From the NCBI GenBank assembly GCA_963514005.1, contig OY740807.1, positions 29,636,001-29,700,000 on the forward strand: a stretch of DNA of 64,000 nt, read 5' to 3'. Positions 1 through 11,010 of this stretch are shown here, piece after piece. A program made the position numbers and the translations under genes. Origin of the DNA: Raja brachyura (taxonomy: Eukaryota). Under the pieces are notes generated by a model. It saw only the letters and a program-made list of their open reading frames with translations, searched no databases and was not told where the DNA came from. Each line of letters begins with the position of its first letter. Position 1 is the stretch's first letter.

Positions 1-170
1 GAAACGATCGCCCAGCTTCCGCTTGGTCTCACCGATGTAGATCAGCTGGCATATGGAGCAACGGATGCAGTAGATGAGGTTGGAGGAGGTGCAGGTGAAC
101 CTCTGTCGGACTTGGAAGGACTGCTTGGGTCCCTGAAAGGAGTGGATGGGGGAGGTGAGGGGACAAGTCA
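1..170 (-). mobile_element. Penelope-like element fragment (GIY-YIG endonuclease region)
   Basis: The reverse strand reads ...QVRQRFTCTSSNLIYCIRCSICQLIYIGETKRKLGDRF. It closely matches 62567-62735 of the Penelope element at the window end. Confidence 0.85.
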
Positions 171-284
171 AAAGAATGGGCAGGTGGGAACGGTGTGTGG
201 GTGATGGGCAGATGGAATGGGTAGGAGGAATCTGATAGAGATTGGCAAGGTATGTGGGAAATAAGGTACATGTGGGAACATAAG

Positions 285-842
285 GTCATATGATAGGAAC
301 AGGATTAGGCCATTCGGCCCATCATCTACTCCGCCATTCAATCGTGGCTGATCCATCTCGCCCTCCGAACCTCATTCTCCTGCCTTCTCCCCATAAGTTC
401 TGACACCTGTACTAATCAAAATTCTAACTCTGCCTTAAAAAAATATCCACTGACTTGGCGTCTTCAGCCTTCTGTGGCAAATAATTCCACAGATTCACCA
501 CCCTCTGAATAAAGAAATTTCTCCTCATCTCCTTCCTAAAAGAACGTTCCTTAATGCTGAGGCTATGACCTCTAGTTCTAGACTCTACCACTAGTGCAAA
601 CATTGCTTTCACTATACTGTATGTTTCAATGAGGTCTCCCTTCATTCTTCTAAACTCCAGCGAGTACAGGCCCAGTGCTGACAAACTCTCATCATAGGTT
701 AACCTACTCATTCCTGGGATCATTCTTGTAAACCTCCTCTGGTCCCTCTCCAGAGCCAGCACATCCTTCCTCAGATATGGTGCCCAAAATTGCTCACAAT
801 ATTCCAAATGAGGCCTTAACAACACCTTATAGAGCCTCAGTA
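285..842 (-). mobile_element. CR1 LINE 3' fragment
   Basis: The reverse-strand peptide LYKVLLRPHLEYCEQFWAPYL...LYSLEFRRMKGDLIE...FFIQRVVNLWN is a typical CR1 ORF2 C-terminus. It is followed by the CR1 3' UTR (ggccattcggccc). Confidence 0.9.
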
Positions 843-856
843 AATACAACCCTGTT

Positions 857-1788
857 AGAAACATAGAAACATAGAAAAATAGGTGCAGGAGTAGGCCATT
901 CGGCCCTTTGAGCCTGCACCGCCATTCAATGTGATCATGGCTGATCATCCATTCAGTATCCCGTACCTGCCTTCTCTCCATACTCCCTGATCCCTTTAGC
1001 CACAAGTGCCACATCTAACACCCTCTTAAATATAGCCAATGAACTGGCCTCAACTACCTTCTGTGGCAGAGAATTCCAGAGACTCACCACTCTCTGTGTA
1101 AAGAATGTTTTCCTCATCTCGGTCCTAAAGGAATTCCCCCTTATCCTTAGACTGTGACTCCTTGTTCTGGAACAATCGGGAACAATCTTCCAGCATCTAG
1201 CTTGTCCAACCCCTTAAGAATTTTGTAAGTTTCTATAAGATCCCCCCTCAATCTTCTAAATTCCAGCGAGTACAAGCCGAGTCTATTCAATCTTTCCTCA
1301 TATGAAAATCCTGACATCCCAGGAATCAATCTGGTGGATCTTCTCTGTACCCCCTCTATGGCAAGGATGTCTTTCCTCAGATTTGGAGGCCAAAACTGTA
1401 CGCAGTACTCCAGGTGTGGCCTCACCAAAACCCTGTACAACTGCAGTAAAATACTCTCTGCTCCTATACTCAAATCCTTTCGCTATGAATGCTAACATAC
1501 CATTTGCTTTCTTTATTACCGATTCAACTTGCAGATTAACTTTTTGGGAATCCTGCACCAGCACTCCCAAGTCCCTTTGCACCTCCGATTTCTGGACTTT
1601 CTCCCCATTTAGATAATAGTCTCCACCTTTATTCCTACTACCATAATGCATGACTCCACACTTTGCAGCACTATATTCCATCTGCTACTTCTCTGCCTAC
1701 GCTCCCAATCTGTCCAAGTCCTTCTGCAGAGTCCCTGCTTTCACTACACTACCTGCCCTTCCACCTACTTTCGTATCATCTGCAAACT
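857..1788 (-). mobile_element. CR1 LINE, 5'-truncated (RT C-terminus, 3' UTR, agaaacat-repeat tail)
   Basis: ORFs 1147-1473 and 1298-1681 encode KCGVMHYG...QRDLGV...RPHLEYCVQFW...RLRGDLIETYKI. Tandem AGAAACAT units at 857-875 mark the 3' tail. Confidence 0.92.
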
Positions 1789-2769
1789 AGGTGGATAGAA
1801 AGACTAGGGAGAGTGGAGGGAGGGAGAAAGACAATGGTGTATTGGATAGGAGGAAGTATTCAATGAAAAGAGTAACTTGTATTATAGCAGCAACTGAATT
1901 TGAATAAAGAACCATTCTATGCAACTAGATTTCAAAGCTTGATTTTTATGAATTGGTTATATGGACTGCAATGTTTTGAATGCCTACAGATATATTTGGT
2001 GCAGTTTAAAGTATCTTATGATTTGGGTTTTATGTCATTTATTGCATTTCTCTTCGGTGCAATAATAATTCCTGTAAAGGTTATTGGACAAGACCGTTCT
2101 CCCAGCTGTAATAATCGAGATAGATATATGCTCCAGAACCATACATGCCTCCAGCCAATTTGTTTCAATATAGTTACAATGCAGAACTAGACATGACTCG
2201 AGCAAAAACTCACAGTGTTGGAGGAACTCAGCAGGTCAGTGAGCACCTGTAAATCATAGACTGACGATGTTTCGGATCGGGACGTTTCTTCAGACTTTAG
2301 CTAAGTTGTACCATACACTGACATTACATCACATTATGGAAATTTGTCCAGCTCTGTTTAATTCACAAAGTTTACACAGACAGATAAATCCAATCCAACT
2401 AAGTGACACCAAACCAAGCAACTGTAATTCATTAGCAGAACTATAGACGTTATTATTGACAGTAGTATCTAGAGGCACTCACTCACCATTAACTGCCTCA
2501 TTGGACATAGGTTTACAAAATGAGATAAAATGCTGGGGTAACTCAGGGGGGGTCAGGCAGCATCTGTTGAACATGGGTAGGTGACCCGTCTTCAGACTGA
2601 TTGTGGGTGGAGATAGAAAGACTTCCTTTGATCATGAGATTAGATGAGGGATGTCCACAATTTTCAGTTATATTCACAACTCTGTAAACAAAACAATCCA
2701 CGTCTACATGTAGCAAGACCGGTCAGCTTTCAGGCACGGGATGTTAAGTGGCAATGATATCCATGCCAC

Positions 2770-3324
2770 CAAATGCTCAACACTTCTACAGGTGCACAGT
2801 AGAGAGTTTGCTGACTGGTTGCATCGTGGCTTTGTTCGGCAACTTGAGCGCCCTGGAGAGGAAAAGTCTACAAAAAGTAGTAAACACTGCCCAGTCCATC
2901 ATCGGCTCTGACCTTCCTTCCATCGAGGGGATCTATCGCAGTCGCTGCCTCAAAAAGGCTGGCAGTATCATCAAAGACCCACACCATCCTGGCCACACAC
3001 TCATCTCCCTGCTACCTTCAGGTAGAAGGTACAGGAGCCTGAAGACCGCAACGGCCAGGTTCAGGAATAGCTACTTCCCCACAGCCATCAGGCTATTAAA
3101 CTTGGTTCGGACAAAACTCTATACATTAATACCCATTATCTGTTATTTGCACTTTATCAGTTTTTTATTCATGTGTGTATATATTTACATGATGGTATAT
3201 GCACACACTGATCTGTTTTGTAGTCAATGCGTACTATGTTCTGTTGTGCTAAGCAAAGCAAGAATTTCATTGCCCTATCAGGGACACATGACAATAAACT
3301 CTCTTGAATCTCATGAATCTTGAA
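2770..3324 (+). mobile_element. Rex1/Babar-type LINE 3' fragment
   Basis: The peptide FYRCTVESLLTGCI...DPHHPGH..LLPSGRRYRS...RFRNSYFPTAIRLLN is followed by AATAAA and a short-repeat tail (tcttgaa). Confidence 0.8.
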
Positions 3325-4474
3325 AACTGACCATCTCCAGTAAGACTTCCTTTGATCGTCTAAGAGATCACCATTGCCGAGCGCTCACTATCATCCTACA
3401 GATCACTTCTATGTTAGAATTTCAATCATCTATCAAAAGTAATGTGCCTATACGAAGTCAGACACTGAGTATCTTACAGCAAGCATTTTGCTTCCTAGCA
3501 CCATAATGCTTTTCCACCACCTAGAAGGAACAGGTAGGTTCCCTGTTTCTACAGTATGATGAAATATTGTTCACTTGCTTTGAAGAATGTAGCTGTAGCA
3601 GCAATCAGAAAGCTTGACACCATTTGGCCGGCTTGATTTGAACGTGCTAATTTCCTCTACCATCGGGGCCATCTACAAATTGTTCCACAGTTAATTTCCA
3701 ATGGTACTCTGTTAACAACTCTTGAACCCACAGGACATTTACCATGGACAAAGACTATCTGTGATGGGAAGCAGGTTCTCTTCCAAGTCCGATAACATTC
3801 TGCATTGCGTATATATTACCAATCCTTCATTGTCGCTGGGTCTAAATGCTTGCACTTTCTGCCTAACTGTTGGTTGAGAAGCTTCACCAGAAGAATGCAA
3901 AGATTCTACAAGGCGGTTCACCACCTGATTTTCTAGTGTGATGAGAAATGAACAATACATGCTGACATACTTGGTGTAATCCAGATCGTAAGAATGAATT
4001 TAAAAAAAAACAATATTTCACATCTGAGATCATCTTTCTGTGATTTCATCCTTGGACTGAGTCTGCTACTCAGCAATTTTTTGGATCCCATGTCATCTCC
4101 ATTACCTCTTCTATCCTCTCTGCTACTGAAACTTATCTTTATGCCTTTGTCTTCCACTTGACTGTTTTGGTGCTGGGATAACTCACTAAAGAGCAACACG
4201 TAGCAAAATTCCTGGCCATGTATTTTTCCATATCCAATCCCAGTGGTCAAACTTTACAATTAAAATCCCACATGTTTAATTTCCTCAACAGCTGTAGTTT
4301 TGGGGCTGTACATCATTTTGCTCACAATCATTAGTCTTTTACGTGGCTACTCATCACCTCACTCCAAATTTCCTCATCTCCCCACCAGTGAGGAACAAAC
4401 CATTCTGTCACCCAGACCTCTCATTCTGGGACCCCTTCCTATGCCCTGCTGCATCTCCTCTATTTCATAAATTC

Positions 4475-4776
4475 ATAAGTTATAGCAGCAGAATTAGGCC
4501 ATTCGGCAGATCGTCCCTCTCAAATACATTCTTCCGCCTTCTCCACATAACCCCTGACACCCGTACAAATCAAGAACCATCAATGTCCACCTTAAAATGT
4601 TCTATTGACAGCCTCCACAGCCAATTAATTCCGCAGATTCACCACCCTCTGACTAAATAAATTCCTCCTCTTCTCCTTTCTAAAGATCTGTCCTTTTATT
4701 CTGAGGCTATGGCCTCTGGTCCTAGACTCTCCCACTAGTGGAAACATCCTCTCCACATCCACTCCATCCAGGCCTT
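4475..4776 (-). mobile_element. CR1 3' end fragment
   Basis: Contains the motifs ttaggccattcggc, agattcaccaccctctgac and cctagactctcccactagtgg shared with the CR1 at 285-842. Confidence 0.75.
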
Positions 4777-6791
4777 ATTGTTCCTTTAAGCAATCCACGC
4801 AAACCATCCACCTTAAATGCTGAATACTGGATGAGATTTTGGTTATCACATTACATTGTTATCACATTCTCTCAGTGTATTGGCTTTTGTTATCTACTTT
4901 ATACTTCTGTGAAGTCTCTTTGAGTATGTTTCTGTTGGATGTTTTGTGCAAATGCCAGCTGTGAAATATGAATGAGATGCTTGTAATTGTATGGAATTAA
5001 TAAATTGAGAATTGGTGGATACGATAAGATCTCTGAGACTGAGCAAAATTACAGATTTCATATACCCCTTCATCAACCTGAGAAACATTAGAGTTTTAGT
5101 CTGTAATGTTCTCCGATATCTTATTTGACCTTTATTGCAAGTTTTTTCAAGGTGGGTGAAATCTGTCGACTGTGTCATGATAGCTTTGAAACGAATTGTA
5201 TGTATTGTGATGGAATTGAAATAACTGAAGTGTGCCATGATGGGACTGAAATGGTTGGAATCTGCGATGGCAGAGTGTTGCTGTTACGTCATTACAAAGA
5301 ACGTTTCAAAGGTCTACTCATCATTGACAGATACTGGATTTGATTCAGATTATGTTATGACTGAAGAATCTCTGAATCATAATTTCACCTGTTTCAATAA
5401 TACATAATTTCAATGTAAAACAATCACATTTTTATCATTCTGAGCAACACAATTCTCTTGGTATATTTTTTTCACGTTCCAATCAGCAAACATAAAATTG
5501 TAGGGTCTTATGTAGATCATGGGAAGTGGCCTAAATTGTGGAAAGGTGTAGTGTTTGGTGTATTGTTTGCTCAGACGATCTCTGGAGAGAGATTGAATTT
5601 TATCAGTATTAGCAGAGCAAATAAAACATTTTAAATAGCAGCTATTGAAAATCTGAGATAAAAACAAAAGGAGCAGGTCGGGTTGTATCTGACGAAAAAG
5701 AAACGGAGCTTATGTTTCAAAGATCTGTTTTTTTTTAATTCCCATTACGCAGCAAACAGTTTAAGATGTTAAGCAGCAGCCTCTTCCTTCTACAGATGAT
5801 GAGTTTGACGCACGTATGTTAATTTTCACATAATGCAAGAAGCTGTCTCTGCTGACTTCATCTGGAGCTTCAAACTCTTTGTGACATGCATCACATTCAA
5901 TGGCTGTTACTTGGACATACTGGAGAACAATACCATTGTCTTGGGGTGTATCTAGGGAACCTATTGTATTAACATAGCTCCAACTGGTTCTCAGTTCTCC
6001 AAGATGTCCCTATACACTAGTTGTGAGATTTGTAAATAGTCCCAATCACTGCTTCAGAGCCCATTTGCAAACCGCATGGAACAAAAAAGGTGAACCTCAT
6101 GTTTTCTCTCTTTCCTTTTCACTATGGTCTCATCAAAGATCCCTCGAAAGCTCGCAGGAAGCTATTAAAAAAAAAATGCTAGATTGCCTTTTTGTAAATT
6201 CCTAATTCTTCGGAGCTGGGAGGGGGAACAATGTATTCCCAATTCTACTCCTCTGTTCTATTCTGGTTTGCTGCCAAATTCATACTCGTATTTAATTCAG
6301 CTGGGTTTTCAGTTGTTCTGGATGGCTGTAGTTGCTGGCAATCTACAAAATTGATTCCTGAGTATTGCAGACCATCTGTGGCAGCATAGGCGGCTTGTGT
6401 TTACTGCAAACTGAGGGACTGAGGTTTTCTCTGTGCAGGAAGGTGACATTGTACAATGGTTGGAGGTGGGACTGAAGTAATTGCAGCCCCCTCTGATTTT
6501 CTTTTTATTGTACAGTTCTCAACGGAAATTGGTGGCTCATTCGAGGAATTGCAGTCATCCAAAGCAAAGCGTGGCACATTGTACACAGGGACCTTTCCTC
6601 AGGCCATAACATTTGGCTGTTGCATTCCCATAGTGAATGTGATCAGTTGTGCACCTCCTCTGATTAGCAAATCTTGTAATGAAGAAATTTAGACGAATAT
6701 ATTTCTCCAATTACATCTTGAGGGAGAACTAAAAATATTGTTTTAAATTCCCACTATAAAGAAAACAGTTTAGGATGTTAAGCAACTCTTA

Positions 6792-7092
6792 AAGCCCTGT
6801 CCCACGGTACGAGTTCATTCCAAGAGCTCTCCCGAGTTTAAAAAAAATCAAACTCATGCTAAGCAGGGAGAATGAACGTAGTGGGTACGTCGGAGCTCGG
6901 GGACGTCACTTAGTGGCTCATAACGCTAACAGCAGGTACTCGGGAAGACTCGTGAAGATTTTTCAACATGTTGGTGTTTTTGAAAAATGTCCACGAGAAC
7001 CGACGAGTGGTCATTACCGTAAATTTCCGAGTTCGAATCAGGGCAAACTCGGGAGAACTCTTGGAATGAACTCGTACCGTGGGACAGGGCTA
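6792..7092. mobile_element. MITE, PIF/Harbinger-like (family A)
   Basis: Long TIRs (agccctgtcccacggtacgagttcattccaagag... and ...ctcttggaatgaactcgtaccgtgggacagggct) and a TTA duplication at 6789-6791 and 7093-7095. A second copy lies at 58756-59084. Confidence 0.85.
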
Positions 7093-7383
7093 TTACTTTT
7101 ATAGATGATGCGTTTGATGCATATGTGCTTCAGCTATGTAAAAATGCACAGCATAAATGTGGCATCAGCAATCAAAATTATTTAAATCTGCTGTCCACAA
7201 AGCTTGTATATCTAATTATATATTTAAGGAATGTATTTGTCGACTTCATCCATGAAAATACCAGGTCCTATCTATTTCTGATATGAATGCAGTACTTTAG
7301 TGATACTTCTGAATTACCAAATTTTTATGAGCTAATAATTCACATGCTTTAGTTTTCTTGATTAGATGGACAGACCGCATGGT

Positions 7384-7510
7384 AGTCTGAAGAAGGGTCT
7401 TGACCCGAAACATGCCCCATTCCCCTCCAGAGATGCTGCCTTTCCCACTGAGTTACTCCAGCATTTTGTGTCTATCTTTGGTTTAAACCAGTATCTGCAG
7501 TTTCTTCCTG
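7384..7510 (+). mobile_element. Short Penelope-derived (pseudo-LTR-like) repeat with hammerhead-like core
   Basis: Reads ctgaagaagggtcttgacccgaaac...agatgctgcc...ctgagttactccagca. It is homologous to the 3' end of the Penelope element at 61990-62120. Confidence 0.75.
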
Positions 7511-7761
7511 AGCAGCATGATACATATGTTTTCTACTTGTTGGTCAGGCATATATATATCCAGTGTGGGTCAAGAGGAGGTGTTGCTTGAGTGTAAATCA
7601 TCTGCCCAATCATATAGGTCAAGCTGATGAATCCAAGGCTTGCGTGTTACTTTCCAATCTGTCTGAAGAGCCCCAGGTATGGCAAATATCATTTCATACC
7701 CGAATACATTTGGTCCAATTTCCATACGTGATGCTGCTGATTTAAAGTAATGTCAGTATAT

Positions 7762-8005
7762 GGTAGAAACCAGGGACTGGTTTACTAAGGAAGGGGACAA
7801 ACTGCCAGAGTAACTCAGTGAGTCAGGCAGCATCCTGGAGAACATGGATGGGTGTCAGGTCAGGACCCTTCCTCAGACAGAAGTGCCACCTCTAGCTTTC
7901 TTTCCACCCATCCCTGTAATCAATCTGAAGAAGGGTACCGCCCAGAAGTAATTTATCCAGTGATGCTGCCTGACCCACTGAGTTACTCCAGCATTTTGTG
8001 TCTTT
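7762..8005. mobile_element. Inverted pair of Penelope-derived short repeats
   Basis: A minus-strand copy (gagtaactcag...gcagcatc...cccttcctcagac) is followed by a plus-strand copy (tctgaagaagggt...gatgctgcctgacccactgagttactccagc). Confidence 0.7.
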
Positions 8006-9073
8006 CCGTGGGTTATATGGTACTAGTCCAAACAACGAGCTCGTGGACAGTGATGACAACGAGGTTGCTCTTCAATGAAAGAAGAAAAAAAAAGAATATT
8101 AAACAAATTCATGTGAAATGTTCTGGATCACACTTTGTATAATGTTTACTGCACAGTCATTAGCAGCAATCACGTTTCAAGCTATCCTTTGAGAGCATAC
8201 TTGTTGCACTGATTTCCTATCAGATCTGTTTAAGAACCTGAAATTTATGCAGCACCTTTCACCAATGAGATGTTGGGACATCCCGGAGTATTGCGTATTT
8301 TTAAGATATATCTACTGTTGTAAGTTAAGAAATACAGCTATGAATTTTCATACAGATATTCCACAAACAGCAATGTGATAATGACCTGATAATCTGTATT
8401 TGTGTTGTTGACTCTGGGAGCTATTAACCAAAGCCTTGGGTAGAATTCCCTTACTTGTAGAATATTGTCCTGGGGGGTTTTTTCATCCACGTAAAAAAAA
8501 AATGGAATCTCCAACAGTGCAGAATTCGCTAAATGCTACATCAGGTTCGGGTAAGATGTTATGCTCAAATATTTGGAAAGGTGCTTGTACCTACAGCTTT
8601 CTGATTCAGATGAAAGATAAAGAAAATGCATTGCCCACAAGTTCCCTTAATGCAAATTATACCAAAAATATAGATAACTATGAAAGAGAACACATTAACT
8701 TATTGCCTTTTCAAGTGCAAACATAATAGGTCAAGATTATTCCAGCCAATACTTCATGTAGAGGCTGGTTTGAATCCACAGTAAGATGCCCTCTGTGCAA
8801 AATGAGCTTGGGTGCTTGTAATTAGTTCTTGATGGTCATGAACCTGTCAAAAACATGCTTTTAATTTAGCACTAACTTTAATTAAATCGGTGGCCACACT
8901 TTAAAAGCTACATGGATGGTTTGAATTAGAAGAATTTCATTGATATAAAGAGAAAAACTTCTTCCAAGGCTCTGGCATAACAAGTTGAGGATAATTTTAA
9001 CTGATCCTGTGATAACGCAGTGGGGTCAAAGTGAATATACATCTATGGGTGCTATTCTCCATGGACATAATTG

Positions 9074-9136
9074 ATTTCATTTCGGAGTCACGTGAGTGAC
9101 TTCGTGAAGAGCCCGCCGGCGCGCATGCTCGACATA
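9074..9136 (+). repeat. DIRS left inverted terminal repeat
   Basis: The sequence atttcatttcggagtcacgtgagtgacttcgtgaagagcccgccggcgcgcatgctcgacata is complementary to the ICR (14059-14095) and the right ITR (14285-14320). Confidence 0.92.
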
Positions 9137-9252
9137 TCGTCGTAACGCGTTGCTGCGACGGCTGGCGGTGGAGCGCGCTCCTCGCCAGCCCTTCATAAGG
9201 GGCCACGGAGGTGAGTATTCCACCTTTAGTTGGTGGTCCTTGTTGTCTGATT

Positions 9253-11010
9253 ATGTCTTGCAGCAAGGACATGGATGGGAGTTCGAAGGGCCGGAGGACG
9301 TCAGGACGAGTTCGCCGGTCAACAGTTCCGGGGCCTTTACCATCGGCAGTACCTGCAGCGCAGGCCGGGACTCAGGCAGAGATGTGGGTAAGCCCTGTGT
9401 TCACAGGTCCAGATCCGCCAGCACACCACAGCTCGGAGGAGTTCGACGAGGAGGAGTGTGGTGTGCCGCCAGAGCAGGGGGACCCTGCCATGGCAGTCAG
9501 GTTGTCAGCGGGCTCGCTGGCGACCTCGAGCAGGGCGCGTGCCGTTGCACGGCCTGTTCCACTCAGCCCTCCGAGAAGGGGGAGGGGAGGAGCCCAAAAG
9601 CCTAACCCTGTTAGGGCTAAGGCATTGCCTGTCGCGGAGGAGCGGTCAGGTTCCAGGGCGAGACCCGGGGCGGCTGTGAGGTCCAGCCGGCACACCCCGA
9701 CTCTCGACGCCGGGACGGGTCGGTTGAGTCGGGTCTCGTCGCGGTCGCCGAGCCCCCCATGGATGGGTGGGCGGCACCATGCGTCGGCAACGTCCACGAT
9801 GTGGGCAGCCGGCAAGACTGCGCGGGCCCCAGGCAGCCATGCTTCGGCTGGTGCCGACACCTCGCCGCATGTGCCCTTAGTGGCAGCGGCTTCAGCTCTC
9901 GCTAAACGGAGGCGATTGAACACGCCCGCGCAGGAATCGCGCAGTTTCGCCTCGGCGGCTGTTAGCGACAACTACCGGCACCGGCAGGGCCTCGACGAGG
10001 TGCGGGCCGATGACAGGAGCCCGGTTTTCTTTTCAGAGCCGGAGGACTCCGACCACCTGAGTGTTCAGGGTGAAGGGCGTATTGACCGTATGGAGCGGCT
10101 GCTGGAGCTCCTGCTTCAACGTCAACAACAGCAGGGCAGCAACAGGCACAGGGCGTCTTCACCAACATCTACTATCAGCCTGGAGCAGCACGAGGAGGAG
10201 GTTCTGGTGGATCCCGTACCACCTCCGGTGGAGGTGCCAGCGGAGGAACTTTTGGATGTGGCGACCAAATTCGCGGCCCCACATACGGCTGGTCTTCCTC
10301 TCAATTCAAAGCTGGCAGCCACAGTGGACTTTCTTAATAATCAGGTGCTGCAGGAAGAAGTCCTCATCCAGGCTATGAGCCGTCACAAGGCTCCATCAAA
10401 CTGCAACTCCCTCAACGTGCCTGTGGTCAATACGCCAATATGGGGCAACATCAGTGCGGCTATCCGTCAACAAGAGCTACAATTGCAGCGGATCCTGAAA
10501 CTCCTCACGGCCGGTATTACCGCCTTTGCGCGGTCGGTGGACGAGGACGAGCTGAATTTGGACCAGGAAGATGCTCTGGCCTTATTGTGCGCGACCCAGC
10601 ACGAAATCAACGGGTTTCGCAAAAACAGCATCCGCCCAGCACTCAACCCGAAGTTTGCAGGATTGTGCAAACCACCGCCGCCGCCGCCGCCCCGTCAGCT
10701 CTTTGGTGAGGACCTCTCGAAGAGAGTCAAAGAGCTTGACGAACAAGCCAAAACGGTGGGGATCATGCGCTCTAAGAGTGCCCCCACACCGTCCGGCTCA
10801 AAAGCTCCATACATTTGCTCACGAGGGTCGGCCAGTGCCTCGACGAGGACTCACCCTCTAGCTCCACAACGACAACAACACCAGAACCAGCACCAAGGGT
10901 CTTTTTTAGGACAGGGTCGGCAGAGATCTTTTTGGAAATCGAAGACGCCGCGCCCTCAAGCCAACCCAGCACCTCCACGGCCACCCACACGTGTCAAGGA
11001 CCGCCGGTAA
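9253..11010 (+). CDS. DIRS ORF1 (gag-like)
   Basis: Uninterrupted ORF; the track starts it at GTG 9211, and the first in-frame ATG is at 9253. It has a low-complexity S/R/P-rich N-terminus and a C-terminal region (VPVVNTPIW...RKNSIRPALNPKF...LFGEDL) in the expected gag position. Confidence 0.8.
   Translation: MSCSKDMDGSSKGRRTSGRVRRSTVPGPLPSAVPAAQAGTQAEMWVSPVFTGPDPPAHHSSEEFDEEECGVPPEQGDPAMAVRLSAGSLATSSRARAVARPVPLSPPRRGRGGAQKPNPVRAKALPVAEERSGSRARPGAAVRSSRHTPTLDAGTGRLSRVSSRSPSPPWMGGRHHASATSTMWAAGKTARAPGSHASAGADTSPHVPLVAAASALAKRRRLNTPAQESRSFASAAVSDNYRHRQGLDEVRADDRSPVFFSEPEDSDHLSVQGEGRIDRMERLLELLLQRQQQQGSNRHRASSPTSTISLEQHEEEVLVDPVPPPVEVPAEELLDVATKFAAPHTAGLPLNSKLAATVDFLNNQVLQEEVLIQAMSRHKAPSNCNSLNVPVVNTPIWGNISAAIRQQELQLQRILKLLTAGITAFARSVDEDELNLDQEDALALLCATQHEINGFRKNSIRPALNPKFAGLCKPPPPPPPRQLFGEDLSKRVKELDEQAKTVGIMRSKSAPTPSGSKAPYICSRGSASASTRTHPLAPQRQQHQNQHQGSFLGQGRQRSFWKSKTPRPQANPAPPRPPTRVKDRR

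Noticed and set aside
857-880. Short tandem units (agaaacat, tgaa, tttgac) that might suggest an array
   Set aside because: These are LINE 3' tails. There is no repeat-spacer structure, and the context is eukaryotic, so this is not CRISPR.
2618-3357. 16-bp direct repeat aagacttcctttgatc flanking the Rex1 fragment
   Set aside because: It does not abut the LINE ends, so it cannot be called a TSD. Its origin is unclear.
9372-9971. 199-aa minus-strand ORF and other overlapping ORFs within DIRS ORF1
   Set aside because: These are GC-rich antisense or alternate-frame shadows of the gag-like ORF, with no recognisable motifs.
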